The notes beneath the pieces were generated by a model. It was given only the letters and a program-made list of their open reading frames with translations. It did not search any database and was not told the origin of the DNA. A stretch of 40,279 bases of DNA, from IMG/VR virus record IMGVR_UViG_3300028584_001240; one strand, 5' to 3'. The stretch is from a virus (Duplodnaviria > Heunggongvirae > Uroviricota > Caudoviricetes). The position numbers and the translations under genes were made by a program. Below are positions 26,212-35,479 of the stretch, piece by piece; within the stretch, counting starts at the first letter, position 1, and each line of letters begins with the position of its first letter.

Positions 26212-26790
26212 TTATAAGGTAAAAGCTGAGAGTATAAGTAAATTGTCATCAGTTAAATCATCAATAGCTTTAAATGGAATGCCAAATTCCTGAGCTTCTT
26301 GGTTAAGCAAAGGAAGTATAAATTGATTTAAAAAGTGTTCATAACAAAAGTATTTAGCACTGTATCCATTTACCTCATCATAACCTATAATTTGTTGGAT
26401 AATTGAATTGTCATCACTAGATACTTCAAAATTCAAACTCAAATAATGACCATTCTCAATTTCAATAACACTTAAAACATTGTTGCGAGTTCTTAATTTT
26501 ATGTTAAATCCTTTGAGAAAACAAAGAGCCATTAGTGCCCGCCAGAAATCATATTCAATATTACTCATTGATTGAATTACAAAAATCTTAGGAAATATTT
26601 TATGAAATGTCGAGTAATGAAATTCAAAGCAATTCAAACCACTAATGATAATGCCAGTGTAAAAACAAGTCCCAGTAATATAAGGAGATTCTGGTATACT
26701 CCAGTTAATAATTTCAATTTCTTTATGTTCTGAGATACACTGTTCAATTACTTTTAATATGGTTGTTTTTTTTAATGACTTCAATTTCAC
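26212..26790 (-). CDS. Hypothetical protein
   Basis: 192-aa ORF ending DDLTDDNLLILSAFTL; start uncertain. Confidence 0.68.
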   Translation of the reverse strand: MKLKSLKKTTILKVIEQCISEHKEIEIINWSIPESPYITGTCFYTGIIISGLNCFEFHYSTFHKIFPKIFVIQSMSNIEYDFWRALMALCFLKGFNIKLRTRNNVLSVIEIENGHYLSLNFEVSSDDNSIIQQIIGYDEVNGYSAKYFCYEHFLNQFILPLLNQEAQEFGIPFKAIDDLTDDNLLILSAFTL

Positions 26791-26803
26791 CGCCCATTAT
26801 AAC

Positions 26804-27733
26804 TTAAAAAGAAGATTGTGATTCATAATTAAAAGGATAATTCATGCCGTTGACAAAAGTGCTGATTGTATCTTCAAATTCCTTGGCAAAAATAAAAGTA
26901 AGGTAATTGCTGAGTGCCTTCGATTTTGTTTTAGTTTGAACCGTATTATGAATTCGACCAAATGAATAGAGATAAGGGCTGACACCCAGTGGAATGTCAT
27001 CAAATTTTGTTCGGCTTACACTGATATCGAAAGTAAATGTAAAATTAGTATTCACAAAACGAACAGTAATATCAGATTCATCAGCTTTTAAGTCAGGTAC
27101 ACTCAAAGACACCTTGAAGCCATTATCTTTAAAATAATGTTGAATATCCCGAAGTGTATTATAGACGACATTTTGTCTAGCCATTTCAAATAATTCAGTC
27201 ATATACTCAGTATTACGACCGTTTTCAACAGCTTCCAGATACTTAATCTTATCGTTATACGAGATAGTCAAATCATTAAAAGGGTAGTTACACGCTTCTA
27301 CTAGATCATTGACCATATTAAAGAAAGATGAAGAAGCCAGTTCATTTTGAAAGTTCATTACATGAGCACTCAATTGATAGGGTGTGTAAACACTCCATTC
27401 AATTTTTTCAAGCTTATACATAATAGAACTAGTACGTTCTGGATGCCATTCGCCTTCTGTTGATCGTTTGATAAGAAATGAACGATAATGTTCTTTCTTT
27501 TTTTCTACCATAATAACTTCAATATGGGGATTGCCAAAACTTGATTCTTTCCATGATGCTCTCACATCAAAGCCAAGGTTCATAAGATGATTTTCAATGG
27601 TATAAAGAGCCTTAGTAACGGTTAGATTACGAGCACTGAAAAAAAGTCTATTAATAAGGTCTTCTTGTAATTCAATGGCTACAGTCAGATCTTTTTTCTG
27701 GTGGAATGTTTTAGCATAGTTATGTTTCATCAA
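26804..27733 (-). CDS. Hypothetical protein with apparent internal duplication
   Basis: The two halves share HxxxxGFxVxxS and NYPFN segments. Confidence 0.75.
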   Translation of the reverse strand: MMKHNYAKTFHQKKDLTVAIELQEDLINRLFFSARNLTVTKALYTIENHLMNLGFDVRASWKESSFGNPHIEVIMVEKKKEHYRSFLIKRSTEGEWHPERTSSIMYKLEKIEWSVYTPYQLSAHVMNFQNELASSSFFNMVNDLVEACNYPFNDLTISYNDKIKYLEAVENGRNTEYMTELFEMARQNVVYNTLRDIQHYFKDNGFKVSLSVPDLKADESDITVRFVNTNFTFTFDISVSRTKFDDIPLGVSPYLYSFGRIHNTVQTKTKSKALSNYLTFIFAKEFEDTISTFVNGMNYPFNYESQSSF

Positions 27734-27742
27734 TAAGTCCTC

Positions 27743-28219
27743 TTAGAATGGAAAAACGTCAGCCATATCATTAATACGTGGATGTTGAAAGTAAGTGAGA
27801 TAAGACATTGTAAAAGAAGATTCAAACTTATCTTCAAATTCCAAGTTAAACTGACCAATTTTCTCATAGACTGGATTCCACTTAATATCTTCACGTCCTG
27901 TTCCAAACAACCATTCCAAATTTGGTTTAGGAATAACAATTTTATGATTACTATTTTTAAGAACCATAACAAAGTGTTTATTTAAATCAAAAGCAGCCCG
28001 CATTGATTTCTTATCAACATAGGTCGAACCACCCACATGTGAACGCAGTTCAATCATATCACTGTCTTCACGGTTAATAACACGGAAGGTGTTGTATTCG
28101 GAATCAATAAAATGTCGAAAAACAAAGTTTTTTGGAGTCGCTAAAATATTAATACTAAACGAACGATAGCAATCGTGAACAATTTCAAATTCGGATGCTA
28201 CCAGTATATTACGTTTCAT
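27743..28219 (-). CDS. Hypothetical protein
   Basis: 158-aa ORF with AGGAG SD. Confidence 0.72.
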   Translation of the reverse strand: MKRNILVASEFEIVHDCYRSFSINILATPKNFVFRHFIDSEYNTFRVINREDSDMIELRSHVGGSTYVDKKSMRAAFDLNKHFVMVLKNSNHKIVIPKPNLEWLFGTGREDIKWNPVYEKIGQFNLEFEDKFESSFTMSYLTYFQHPRINDMADVFPF

Positions 28220-28222
28220 GAA

Positions 28223-28684
28223 TTAACTCCTTAAAAGGTCAAAGCGAGCAATGAAATCATCAACAACAGATTGGTTAAGACCATTCTCGCAAAAAAATAA
28301 CTCGGGTGTATTATACCAAATATCGGCATTGTCGTCAATCGCTATCCATAAGCAATCATAGTGATTAGTTTTCAACCATTCTTGTGCTTCACGTAAACGG
28401 CTTCCTTCTGTATTATCAAAATGATTACGAGTAACACCTACTATCATTTCTTTAACGTCTTTTGAAAAAGGGCTTTTGAGTTGGTCAAACGTTTTGCTAT
28501 CACGCCAAGTGCTGGAAATGACAATTTTGAAATCAATAGTATCAGCGAATGAACGAATGAAACGTTCAAATTGAGGGACAAAATAGAAAAACTGATTTTC
28601 TTCATCAGTGCTATCATCTTGCGGCCAAAAGAAGTGAAGAACTCCATCAAAGTCCAAAAATAAAACACATTCTTTTTTTATCAT
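28223..28684 (-). CDS. HAD-superfamily phosphatase, HAD_SAK_2-like
   Basis: VLFLDFDGVLH, IVISSTWR, IVGVT, WIAIDD. Confidence 0.82.
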   Translation of the reverse strand: MIKKECVLFLDFDGVLHFFWPQDDSTDEENQFFYFVPQFERFIRSFADTIDFKIVISSTWRDSKTFDQLKSPFSKDVKEMIVGVTRNHFDNTEGSRLREAQEWLKTNHYDCLWIAIDDNADIWYNTPELFFCENGLNQSVVDDFIARFDLLRS

Positions 28685-28744
28685 ACTAACACACTCCTAG
28701 GCCAACTTTGAGTATAACAGGTCAATACAGAAATCACAAGCAAC

Positions 28745-28765
28745 AAAAAACTGCCTAAGCAGTTT
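28745..28765 (-). terminator. Intrinsic terminator
   Basis: AAACTGC-TTAG-GCAGTTT plus T-run on minus. Confidence 0.7.
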
Positions 28766-29501
28766 AAAGTGGTCTTGGAACAGTTGACTTATATCGAGAA
28801 ATATACACACAATCTAATGTATCTTCACAAGAGTCATAAGCAACAGGCGTATTAATATCCGATTCCTTTGCAAAGTAATGATAAGCTTCACCATTTTTCA
28901 TTTTAATGGGGGTTAATTCAAGGCGAAGGCTAGTAGACGGCTTGATATTGTTAATTTTATTCAAATTAAAAATGATATGACTCATTGTAGCATGTGCATT
29001 GAAGCCAAAAAAATCTTCATGATCTATTTTTCTAATCAAGTAAATATTATCGACTTTACTTTGATCAAAGTTAATCGCATAGCGAAGAGATGTTTGAGAA
29101 TTAGACGGTTTAAAATACGAAGTATACTCTGGCTTTACATTAAGTGGGGCTGAGTCAGGATGTCTAGAATTTTCATTATAATAAACAACAGTCTCAGCAG
29201 TCAGTGCAGGTAAGTCAGGACGAAGAAATCCGACAGTTCCAATGACCGTAACCAAATGGGTAACATAACCCGTAGGAGCTAGTGTCATGTAAGCACTATC
29301 TGAATTCCAAGTCATTTGATCATCAATATGTTTCAACAACTCTTGTGTCGCTGCAACATCATCTTTAATCAAAGTTTGTGGTTTAAGTGTAAATGTTAAT
29401 ACAGCGAACAGAATAGCAGCAAGGGCACAGAGAACACCTGCAGTAATCATAACTGATACAATCTCAATACCACCTTTAATTTTTATATTTGTTTTTATCA
29501 T
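28764..29501 (-). CDS. N-terminally anchored membrane/exported protein
   Basis: AGGAG SD before ATG 29501; basic N-terminus then hydrophobic helix IEIVSVMITAGVLCALAAILFAVLTF. Confidence 0.7.
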   Translation of the reverse strand: MIKTNIKIKGGIEIVSVMITAGVLCALAAILFAVLTFTLKPQTLIKDDVAATQELLKHIDDQMTWNSDSAYMTLAPTGYVTHLVTVIGTVGFLRPDLPALTAETVVYYNENSRHPDSAPLNVKPEYTSYFKPSNSQTSLRYAINFDQSKVDNIYLIRKIDHEDFFGFNAHATMSHIIFNLNKINNIKPSTSLRLELTPIKMKNGEAYHYFAKESDINTPVAYDSCEDTLDCVYISRYKSTVPRPL

Positions 29502-29597
29502 GAATGCTAACTCCTTCTTTAAGTTAATAATATAAGAAAATAAAGAAAAATCAACCATTAAGATTAAAATAGATTGATTTATCTGTTTTATAAGCTG

Positions 29598-30026
29598 TTA
29601 AAGGGCGTTAAGTTTTTCTTCTAAAATACCGATTTCACGCTCTTGAAACTTATCATGACACCAAACAAGCTGTTCAACACGATCCCACGCATAATGGTCA
29701 TCATCGAGAGCAAACCAAGCCGAAGTCATATCATTGAAGGCACGCCATTGTTGAGCTTCTTCATAACGAACACCGTCACCAATGGTATTGAGAACAGGCG
29801 TAACACCTACCAGCAAAAGAGCAATGTCAGGTGAAAAGAATTTGGATATTTGAGACAAGGTATATTCTCGACGCCAAGTGCTGCTAATGACCAGTTTAAA
29901 ATCAAAACGGTCTTTGTGTTTACGAATGAAATTTTCAAAATTAGGGAGATCCACGAATTTAAGGCCACTGCTCATCAACGGATGAAACACGCCATCAAAG
30001 TCTAAGAACAAAACAACACTTTTCAT
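29598..30026 (-). CDS. HAD-superfamily phosphatase, HAD_SAK_2-like (second paralog)
   Basis: VLFLDFDGVFH, LVISSTWR, LVGVTP, WFALDDD. Confidence 0.82.
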   Translation of the reverse strand: MKSVVLFLDFDGVFHPLMSSGLKFVDLPNFENFIRKHKDRFDFKLVISSTWRREYTLSQISKFFSPDIALLLVGVTPVLNTIGDGVRYEEAQQWRAFNDMTSAWFALDDDHYAWDRVEQLVWCHDKFQEREIGILEEKLNAL

Positions 30027-30077
30027 ATAATACTCCCCTTTTAGTGTAACGATTATAGCATAAACAATAGAAAAGGA

Positions 30078-31535
30078 CTAGCCTTTTCTAAGTTTCTCAA
30101 TGGCTTTTGTGTAACGAGCAATGGCATCATCCACTTGGGCTTTGGTGAATCCATCACCACGTCTACCTGTTTTAAACAATTCAATTTGAGATTCAAGATC
30201 AAGCTCCAACGACTCATAATGGATTCTAAATTTAGCGTCAACCATCATGTCTAAAATAGGTGGTGATACAATGCCCATACTAAATCTGGCTCCGAAATAA
30301 CCAACTTCATTCATATATTTAGCGTATTTATACATCGCATCATGAATGTCTTGTGCAATATTAGGATTACTAAAAGGGTCAGGATCATCCATCATCATGT
30401 GTAGCGTTAAAGCTGAGCGAACTTTATCATTGAGAATATTCCTGTATGTATCCAACAAGTTTCTTTCAACCAGAACAGACATCAGCATTTGATTCTCTAC
30501 TGGGCTAGCTTTCTTGAAATCATATTTACCCTGTTCAAGCAAGTAAGTGAGATAATCAAAAGGATGACCAAGAACACCATCAGAAACAGCTTCTGCCCAT
30601 ACAGGGTTGCCAGAATATTTAACACCTTTTGCTAAATTAGGTTCATGTTTAACCAAGACTTTAAAACAATTAACAAGGTTGTTTTGCATACAATAAACCA
30701 ACGGAATAGCTTTCTTATATTTAAAATTCAGTAGACCACCATTAGAAAGAGCTTCATCAAGTACATCGCCATCATCTGTTTTTATAGCTTGTTCAAATGC
30801 AGCTTTAACATCAATCAACGAAGATGATTCAACTTTAATCACTTCATTGACAAAATCAAGCTTACTAATGGTGTCCGCAAGGAAACAATCGTCTTTACTG
30901 TAGATAAATCCAGCACTTGCCATTTTCTGAGCCATTTCTTTGATACTGATAGTTTTTTCATAGCTGAATTCAAACGTACATTCCATTGCCTCACCATCAT
31001 TTTCTGGTAAAAATGAACCAATAAGATAGTCCATGTGTTCATTGTATTCGCCCACTGCTGGGAAAATTTCGAGACAGAACCTATCCAACGTAGCGTTATA
31101 ATCACCAGTCGCGTTAATAGCGTCAAGGATGACTTTATAGTCACCATCCAGAATACTAAAACGATAGATAACTTGGGAGGGGATAGCAATAAAGCCTTTA
31201 TTGTCATCGGAGATTTCTTCTTCGCCATCACTGTTTACATATTTGCTTACAAGACGTTTGGCATCGGTGATGTCTTTTTTAGAAAAGGATTTCACGATAA
31301 TCGTATTGTCTTTAATAGTGACTGGTGCAACCGCAACAACGACTGATTGTTTAAGTTCAAGCGTGTCATTCACTTCAACAAGTGTTACATCGCCCACGGT
31401 AGGGCTATTAAAGTCTCGACAGACCAGACCATTGGCATCTTTATACTTACTGACACGTTTCCATTTAGTGCGGTTACTGTCAGGGTAAGTCGTCATCAAG
31501 AAATCTTTGCAATCATCAGTTGATATTTTAGACAT
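30078..31535 (-). CDS. Family C N-terminal module fused to ankyrin-repeat-like C-terminal region
   Basis: Starts MSKISTDDCKDFL...KRVSKYKDANG. Ankyrin-like AIKTDDGDVLDEALSNGG, PLVYCMQNNLVNCFKVLVKH. TTGCTA-17-TATAAT promoter with TG upstream. Confidence 0.75.
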   Translation of the reverse strand: MSKISTDDCKDFLMTTYPDSNRTKWKRVSKYKDANGLVCRDFNSPTVGDVTLVEVNDTLELKQSVVVAVAPVTIKDNTIIVKSFSKKDITDAKRLVSKYVNSDGEEEISDDNKGFIAIPSQVIYRFSILDGDYKVILDAINATGDYNATLDRFCLEIFPAVGEYNEHMDYLIGSFLPENDGEAMECTFEFSYEKTISIKEMAQKMASAGFIYSKDDCFLADTISKLDFVNEVIKVESSSLIDVKAAFEQAIKTDDGDVLDEALSNGGLLNFKYKKAIPLVYCMQNNLVNCFKVLVKHEPNLAKGVKYSGNPVWAEAVSDGVLGHPFDYLTYLLEQGKYDFKKASPVENQMLMSVLVERNLLDTYRNILNDKVRSALTLHMMMDDPDPFSNPNIAQDIHDAMYKYAKYMNEVGYFGARFSMGIVSPPILDMMVDAKFRIHYESLELDLESQIELFKTGRRGDGFTKAQVDDAIARYTKAIEKLRKG

Positions 31536-31660
31536 ATAATCTCCAAGAATTAAATACAGCAAGGGCTAGATTATAACAGATGAGAGAGATTTTAGCAATG
31601 ATAGTTTAACTTGATATATAGAGTGTTTTCTGTTAAAATAAGGCATTAAAAGAGGTGCAT

Positions 31661-32491
31661 ATGGAAAAGGAAAAGATTGATAGTCATGCTAAATTAACCA
31701 AAGATGTTATTCAATCTATTGTTGATAATTTAGAAGGTGAATTTGAATACACATACCGACATAATCATCATCTTTTTAGTAAAAATGCACTTGATGAATG
31801 CAGCATCCATGCATTTAAAGAGATTCAATCATTTCATTTTTCAATTCGTTCTAGAACCATAGAAGATCAAGAAAAAATGATGACCGTATTAAAAAAATTA
31901 TATCCTTTTGATATGACATTGTATAAATCAACAATAAACGCATTATCTGATTTGTATCAAGCCCTATCATTTACAGTAGAGCCTTTAAAAACAAAAAACA
32001 TTGAAGATTTTTCATGGTTATCATTCTTTAAAAGAAAGAAAGATCGGCTTAAAGAACCGAAAGATGGTGTGAAAAACTGGGAAAATTTTGACAATTTTAA
32101 TTACGAATTTAAACTGTATCCTTGGAATAAGAGCGTCATTAATCTTTCTGTGACACAAATCATTAAAATGATTATTGTTAAAGATGAATCTAGGAAGAAA
32201 TATATTCCTGTTATGGAAACATCACTACCATTAAACACTTCAAAAAGAACAAAAATTTGTATTTCACTAGACAAAAACTTTCCTAATATTTATGTATTAG
32301 AAAAGAATGGCATCTATGAAATCGAAACATTAGAAAATATATTGAACATGGTTAACAAGACAGTCAGAAACTATATATTCAACATTTTGTATCAACGCTA
32401 TAAAATAGAAATCTCAAAAAGTGATTTCGCTGAGATGAATACAGACAATTTATTAAAGTATGTTGCATTAAATGAAATGGCAGAAATATAA
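31661..32491 (+). CDS. Divergent member of paralog family A
   Basis: PVMETSLPL...KICISL aligns to PYFKIRLPY...KxxCxI; tail ISKSDFAEMNTDNLLKYVALNEMAEI. Confidence 0.72.
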   Translation: MEKEKIDSHAKLTKDVIQSIVDNLEGEFEYTYRHNHHLFSKNALDECSIHAFKEIQSFHFSIRSRTIEDQEKMMTVLKKLYPFDMTLYKSTINALSDLYQALSFTVEPLKTKNIEDFSWLSFFKRKKDRLKEPKDGVKNWENFDNFNYEFKLYPWNKSVINLSVTQIIKMIIVKDESRKKYIPVMETSLPLNTSKRTKICISLDKNFPNIYVLEKNGIYEIETLENILNMVNKTVRNYIFNILYQRYKIEISKSDFAEMNTDNLLKYVALNEMAEI

Positions 32492-32518
32492 CAACTTAAA
32501 AGTCAAGAGGCTTAAAAA

Positions 32519-33145
32519 ATGAATACACAAAATACTGACGTTGACAGTTATGCAAATTTCGAAAACATTAAAACAATGCTGTCTAAGTTTGATATCGAAA
32601 TTAATGATATTAAAAAAACTCATGGAAATCAATTTAATTTGAAAACAAGTCATAAAAAAGCGGTTCTTTTCGCTAACAATAATAATGACTGCTTAAATTT
32701 TGATTTTTTAACCTTTAAAGACGGCAAGATAGAAACACGGTATCCATCTCATCCCATTATTCAGAAAGTGATTGATTATGGTAACCAACAAATTGATTTT
32801 TTTGATGCATTAAGGTTGTTGGATTTAGAAACAAATCAGATGCATTCTTATACTGATTCAATAAGATGCTTTATTGATTTTGAGTTTGAATGGGACAAGC
32901 CAGAGAACCATGAAATTGTTTTAAACTTTTCGCACACTAAATCACAGATGTGCCAACTGGTCAGTAATCAATCAATGATTGCTTCGGGTGCGTATCACAG
33001 TATGCATATTGTGTTTAATTTGGACGGTGACATGACGGTGAACAGGTTGAATGTTCACAGGAAAAGGGTTTTTCAAGCATGGGATAATGTTATTGAAAAG
33101 GATTTCAAAGAATATGGACTGTTAACTGAAATGGCTAGAATCTAG
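32519..33145 (+). CDS. Hypothetical protein with family-A-like C-terminal tail
   Basis: Ends EKDFKEYGLLTEMARI; body not obviously family A. Confidence 0.75.
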   Translation: MNTQNTDVDSYANFENIKTMLSKFDIEINDIKKTHGNQFNLKTSHKKAVLFANNNNDCLNFDFLTFKDGKIETRYPSHPIIQKVIDYGNQQIDFFDALRLLDLETNQMHSYTDSIRCFIDFEFEWDKPENHEIVLNFSHTKSQMCQLVSNQSMIASGAYHSMHIVFNLDGDMTVNRLNVHRKRVFQAWDNVIEKDFKEYGLLTEMARI

Positions 33146-33152
33146 ACTAAAG

Positions 33153-33180
33153 AAAACCCGGTAGCGATGACCGGGTTTTT
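33153..33180. terminator. Bidirectional intrinsic terminator
   Basis: AAAACCCGGT-AGCGATG-ACCGGGTTTT. Confidence 0.85.
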
Positions 33181-33211
33181 ATTTTATTAACATTTTTTAA
33201 CAATGTAATCA

Positions 33212-33919
33212 TTAATGAAATGCATACATCTTTACTACAGTAAGTTCATCTGTATCAAAATCATATAATTTTTTACTAAATTGATGTTCGAAAATCCAAA
33301 CATCCTTGTAACTTATTTTATATTGTTCTAGAAGGACATGAGTAGGATAGTAAAAGATACGAATATTTCTTAAAAATGTAAATCCACGTTGTTCGCCTTC
33401 AAGACTAAAGAATGTTATTTTGAATTGATTATTCTCTTTTGAATTTCTTATATTTTCTGAAACAATAAGATTAGTCCCAATCAACGAAACAATCGAAAAA
33501 GCATTAATGACTAATAGAACAGTAGCCAAACAAATATGTATTTTTTCATAAGACATTGAAACAAAAAAGACAAACATCAAAAAACCTAATAGTTTTAAAA
33601 CCGGGTTTCCCAGTGAATACATGAAAATAGAACGATGTTTATACATGTAAAACGCATAAACAAAAAATAAGAATAGAAAGGAAGTTAAAGGAAAATAAAA
33701 CATATACTTCCACAAAAGATCATCTTCCTTGATGACTGTTATTGTTAAACTTTTAAAAATATTGATAAGATTAAAAAATAAAAGTAGCATAAATGGTGAA
33801 AAAACAAAACTAAATAGAAGGTCAACACGACTGACTGAAGTGTCGGTTCTATTGTCGAATACCTTAGTTAAAAAGGTTTCACCTTTCGTTAGTAAACTAT
33901 TAATGGCTACAATTATCAT
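33212..33919 (-). CDS. Multi-pass membrane protein (about 4 TM) with soluble C-terminal domain
   Basis: Four hydrophobic segments; ends YDFDTDELTVVKMYAFH. Confidence 0.72.
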   Translation of the reverse strand: MIIVAINSLLTKGETFLTKVFDNRTDTSVSRVDLLFSFVFSPFMLLLFFNLINIFKSLTITVIKEDDLLWKYMFYFPLTSFLFLFFVYAFYMYKHRSIFMYSLGNPVLKLLGFLMFVFFVSMSYEKIHICLATVLLVINAFSIVSLIGTNLIVSENIRNSKENNQFKITFFSLEGEQRGFTFLRNIRIFYYPTHVLLEQYKISYKDVWIFEHQFSKKLYDFDTDELTVVKMYAFH

Positions 33920-33927
33920 ACAATAAC

Positions 33928-34755
33928 CTATTCAGATCGAGATTGCTCGAAAAGCTCCCAACGATCATTATCACAAGCAGTCAAAGGAAATCCCAGTTTA
34001 ATCATTTCTTCTTTTACCTTTGAAATATTTTCGCGGTTACGAGGTTTATACGTCAGCACTTCAAAACCTTGTTGATCAATGACCAAATCAAGTTGAAATG
34101 ACTCCATCTCACGAAGCTTAATCATTGGGTCAATACTAAGGTGCTTATCCAAAGATTTTAAAACAGATGACATATCTTGAAATTTAAAAGACATTGGAAT
34201 ATCAACATTATGAAGCTTCTCATCCAAGAAATTCAATACATCATGCAGAGTTCGTAAGTCAGAAATATCGAAGTTGATATCTGATTCAAACGAAGTCTTA
34301 ACGGCCTTAATAAATCCTTTTGAAATAAATTCTTCAATATCTTGAACGTCTTTACCAGAACTGCTCAAAGAAACCACTTCAAGATCTTGTCCACCCACAG
34401 TGCGTTTTACTGCCATGTAAATATTGGAAGCACTTGTGTAATCTTGCATGTCAATGATTTTCATTTCTTTGAAGTCAATCACAACAATACCATATTCAAT
34501 AGGAGCCAAACCACCAAAAGGTTTGGAACCAAACAGCCCAGCATTAGAATCCTTAAACGTTCGAGTGACATGGTTAGCGTCATAATCGGCCATAAGTTCA
34601 CGGTGGTAGTTAACGAAATCCGTCAAATAGGAGAAGTCACCTGCAAGGAATTTAGGGTTTTTAAGCAGTAAAGAAGCCATGCTATTCGTCCACACTGGCA
34701 ATGCAGTGATAGCACCTTCTTTATTGCGAACAACTAGTTGAACAGAACCACCCAT
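33928..34755 (-). CDS. Hypothetical protein
   Basis: 275-aa ORF with AGGAG SD. Confidence 0.8.
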   Translation of the reverse strand: MGGSVQLVVRNKEGAITALPVWTNSMASLLLKNPKFLAGDFSYLTDFVNYHRELMADYDANHVTRTFKDSNAGLFGSKPFGGLAPIEYGIVVIDFKEMKIIDMQDYTSASNIYMAVKRTVGGQDLEVVSLSSSGKDVQDIEEFISKGFIKAVKTSFESDINFDISDLRTLHDVLNFLDEKLHNVDIPMSFKFQDMSSVLKSLDKHLSIDPMIKLREMESFQLDLVIDQQGFEVLTYKPRNRENISKVKEEMIKLGFPLTACDNDRWELFEQSRSE

Positions 34756-34828
34756 GATGACACTCCTATAAATTATTAAACTATATACTTGAAGGCAATA
34801 TAGATACCTTTACAATTAAAATGTTTTG

Positions 34829-35206
34829 TTACTCTTGGGTATTTTTAGCATACCCAAAACCATGTTGAATACACCCTTTTTGAAATTCATCATGAAAGGC
34901 GTCATATTCAGCAGCAGTCATGCTTGAAAGTTCTTCTGGTGTCGGCCAACGTTTATCAATCATAGACAAACAGAATGAGTTCAAAATTAAACTTTCCAAA
35001 TTATCCCAATCTAATGAATTGTTCACAATGGAATTAAAGACGTAATCGTCTTCTTTAATGACTTTAATGAAATCTTCATCACTGATAATGACGTGTGTGG
35101 TGTAACGAACATGGTTCACAGCTCGTGTAATGAATTTATTCACAATTTTGACTCCTGAATGCTGTAATTTGATGTGTATTATATCATTTTTTTTGAGAAT
35201 ATGCAA
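34829..35206 (-). CDS. Hypothetical protein
   Basis: 125-aa ORF; start codon uncertain. Confidence 0.65.
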   Translation of the reverse strand: MHILKKNDIIHIKLQHSGVKIVNKFITRAVNHVRYTTHVIISDEDFIKVIKEDDYVFNSIVNNSLDWDNLESLILNSFCLSMIDKRWPTPEELSSMTAAEYDAFHDEFQKGCIQHGFGYAKNTQE

Positions 35207-35221
35207 ATAATATAAACAGAC

Positions 35222-35249
35222 AAAAAAAATAGTGCCGAAGCACTATTTT
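35222..35249 (-). terminator. Intrinsic terminator
   Basis: AAAATAGTGC-TTCG-GCACTATTTT plus T-run on minus. Confidence 0.85.
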
Positions 35250-35255
35250 AATAAG

Positions 35256-35414
35256 TTATGCAATAGATTCCAACTTGGCAACCATCACTTTAATTCGATC
35301 TTCAATGCGATCTTTAACGTCTGGATTCTTTTCCAGATAGCCCGCATTGGATTTGATTTCAAAACGCAGTTGCTGCAGTTTATGTTCTACTTGCTTTGCT
35401 AGTTTATCTGACAT
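35256..35414 (-). CDS. 52-aa helical/coiled-coil protein MSDKLAKQVEHKLQQLRFEIKSNAGYLEKNPDVKDRIEDRIKVMVAKLESIA
   Basis: GGAG SD, TAGACA-17-TATAAT promoter upstream and terminator downstream; absent from the ORF track. Confidence 0.75.
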   Translation of the reverse strand: MSDKLAKQVEHKLQQLRFEIKSNAGYLEKNPDVKDRIEDRIKVMVAKLESIA

Positions 35415-35479
35415 CTCTGATACTTCTCCATTTAAATAAAAAAAGAATTATACTTGATAATCAAAGCATTGTCTACAGG

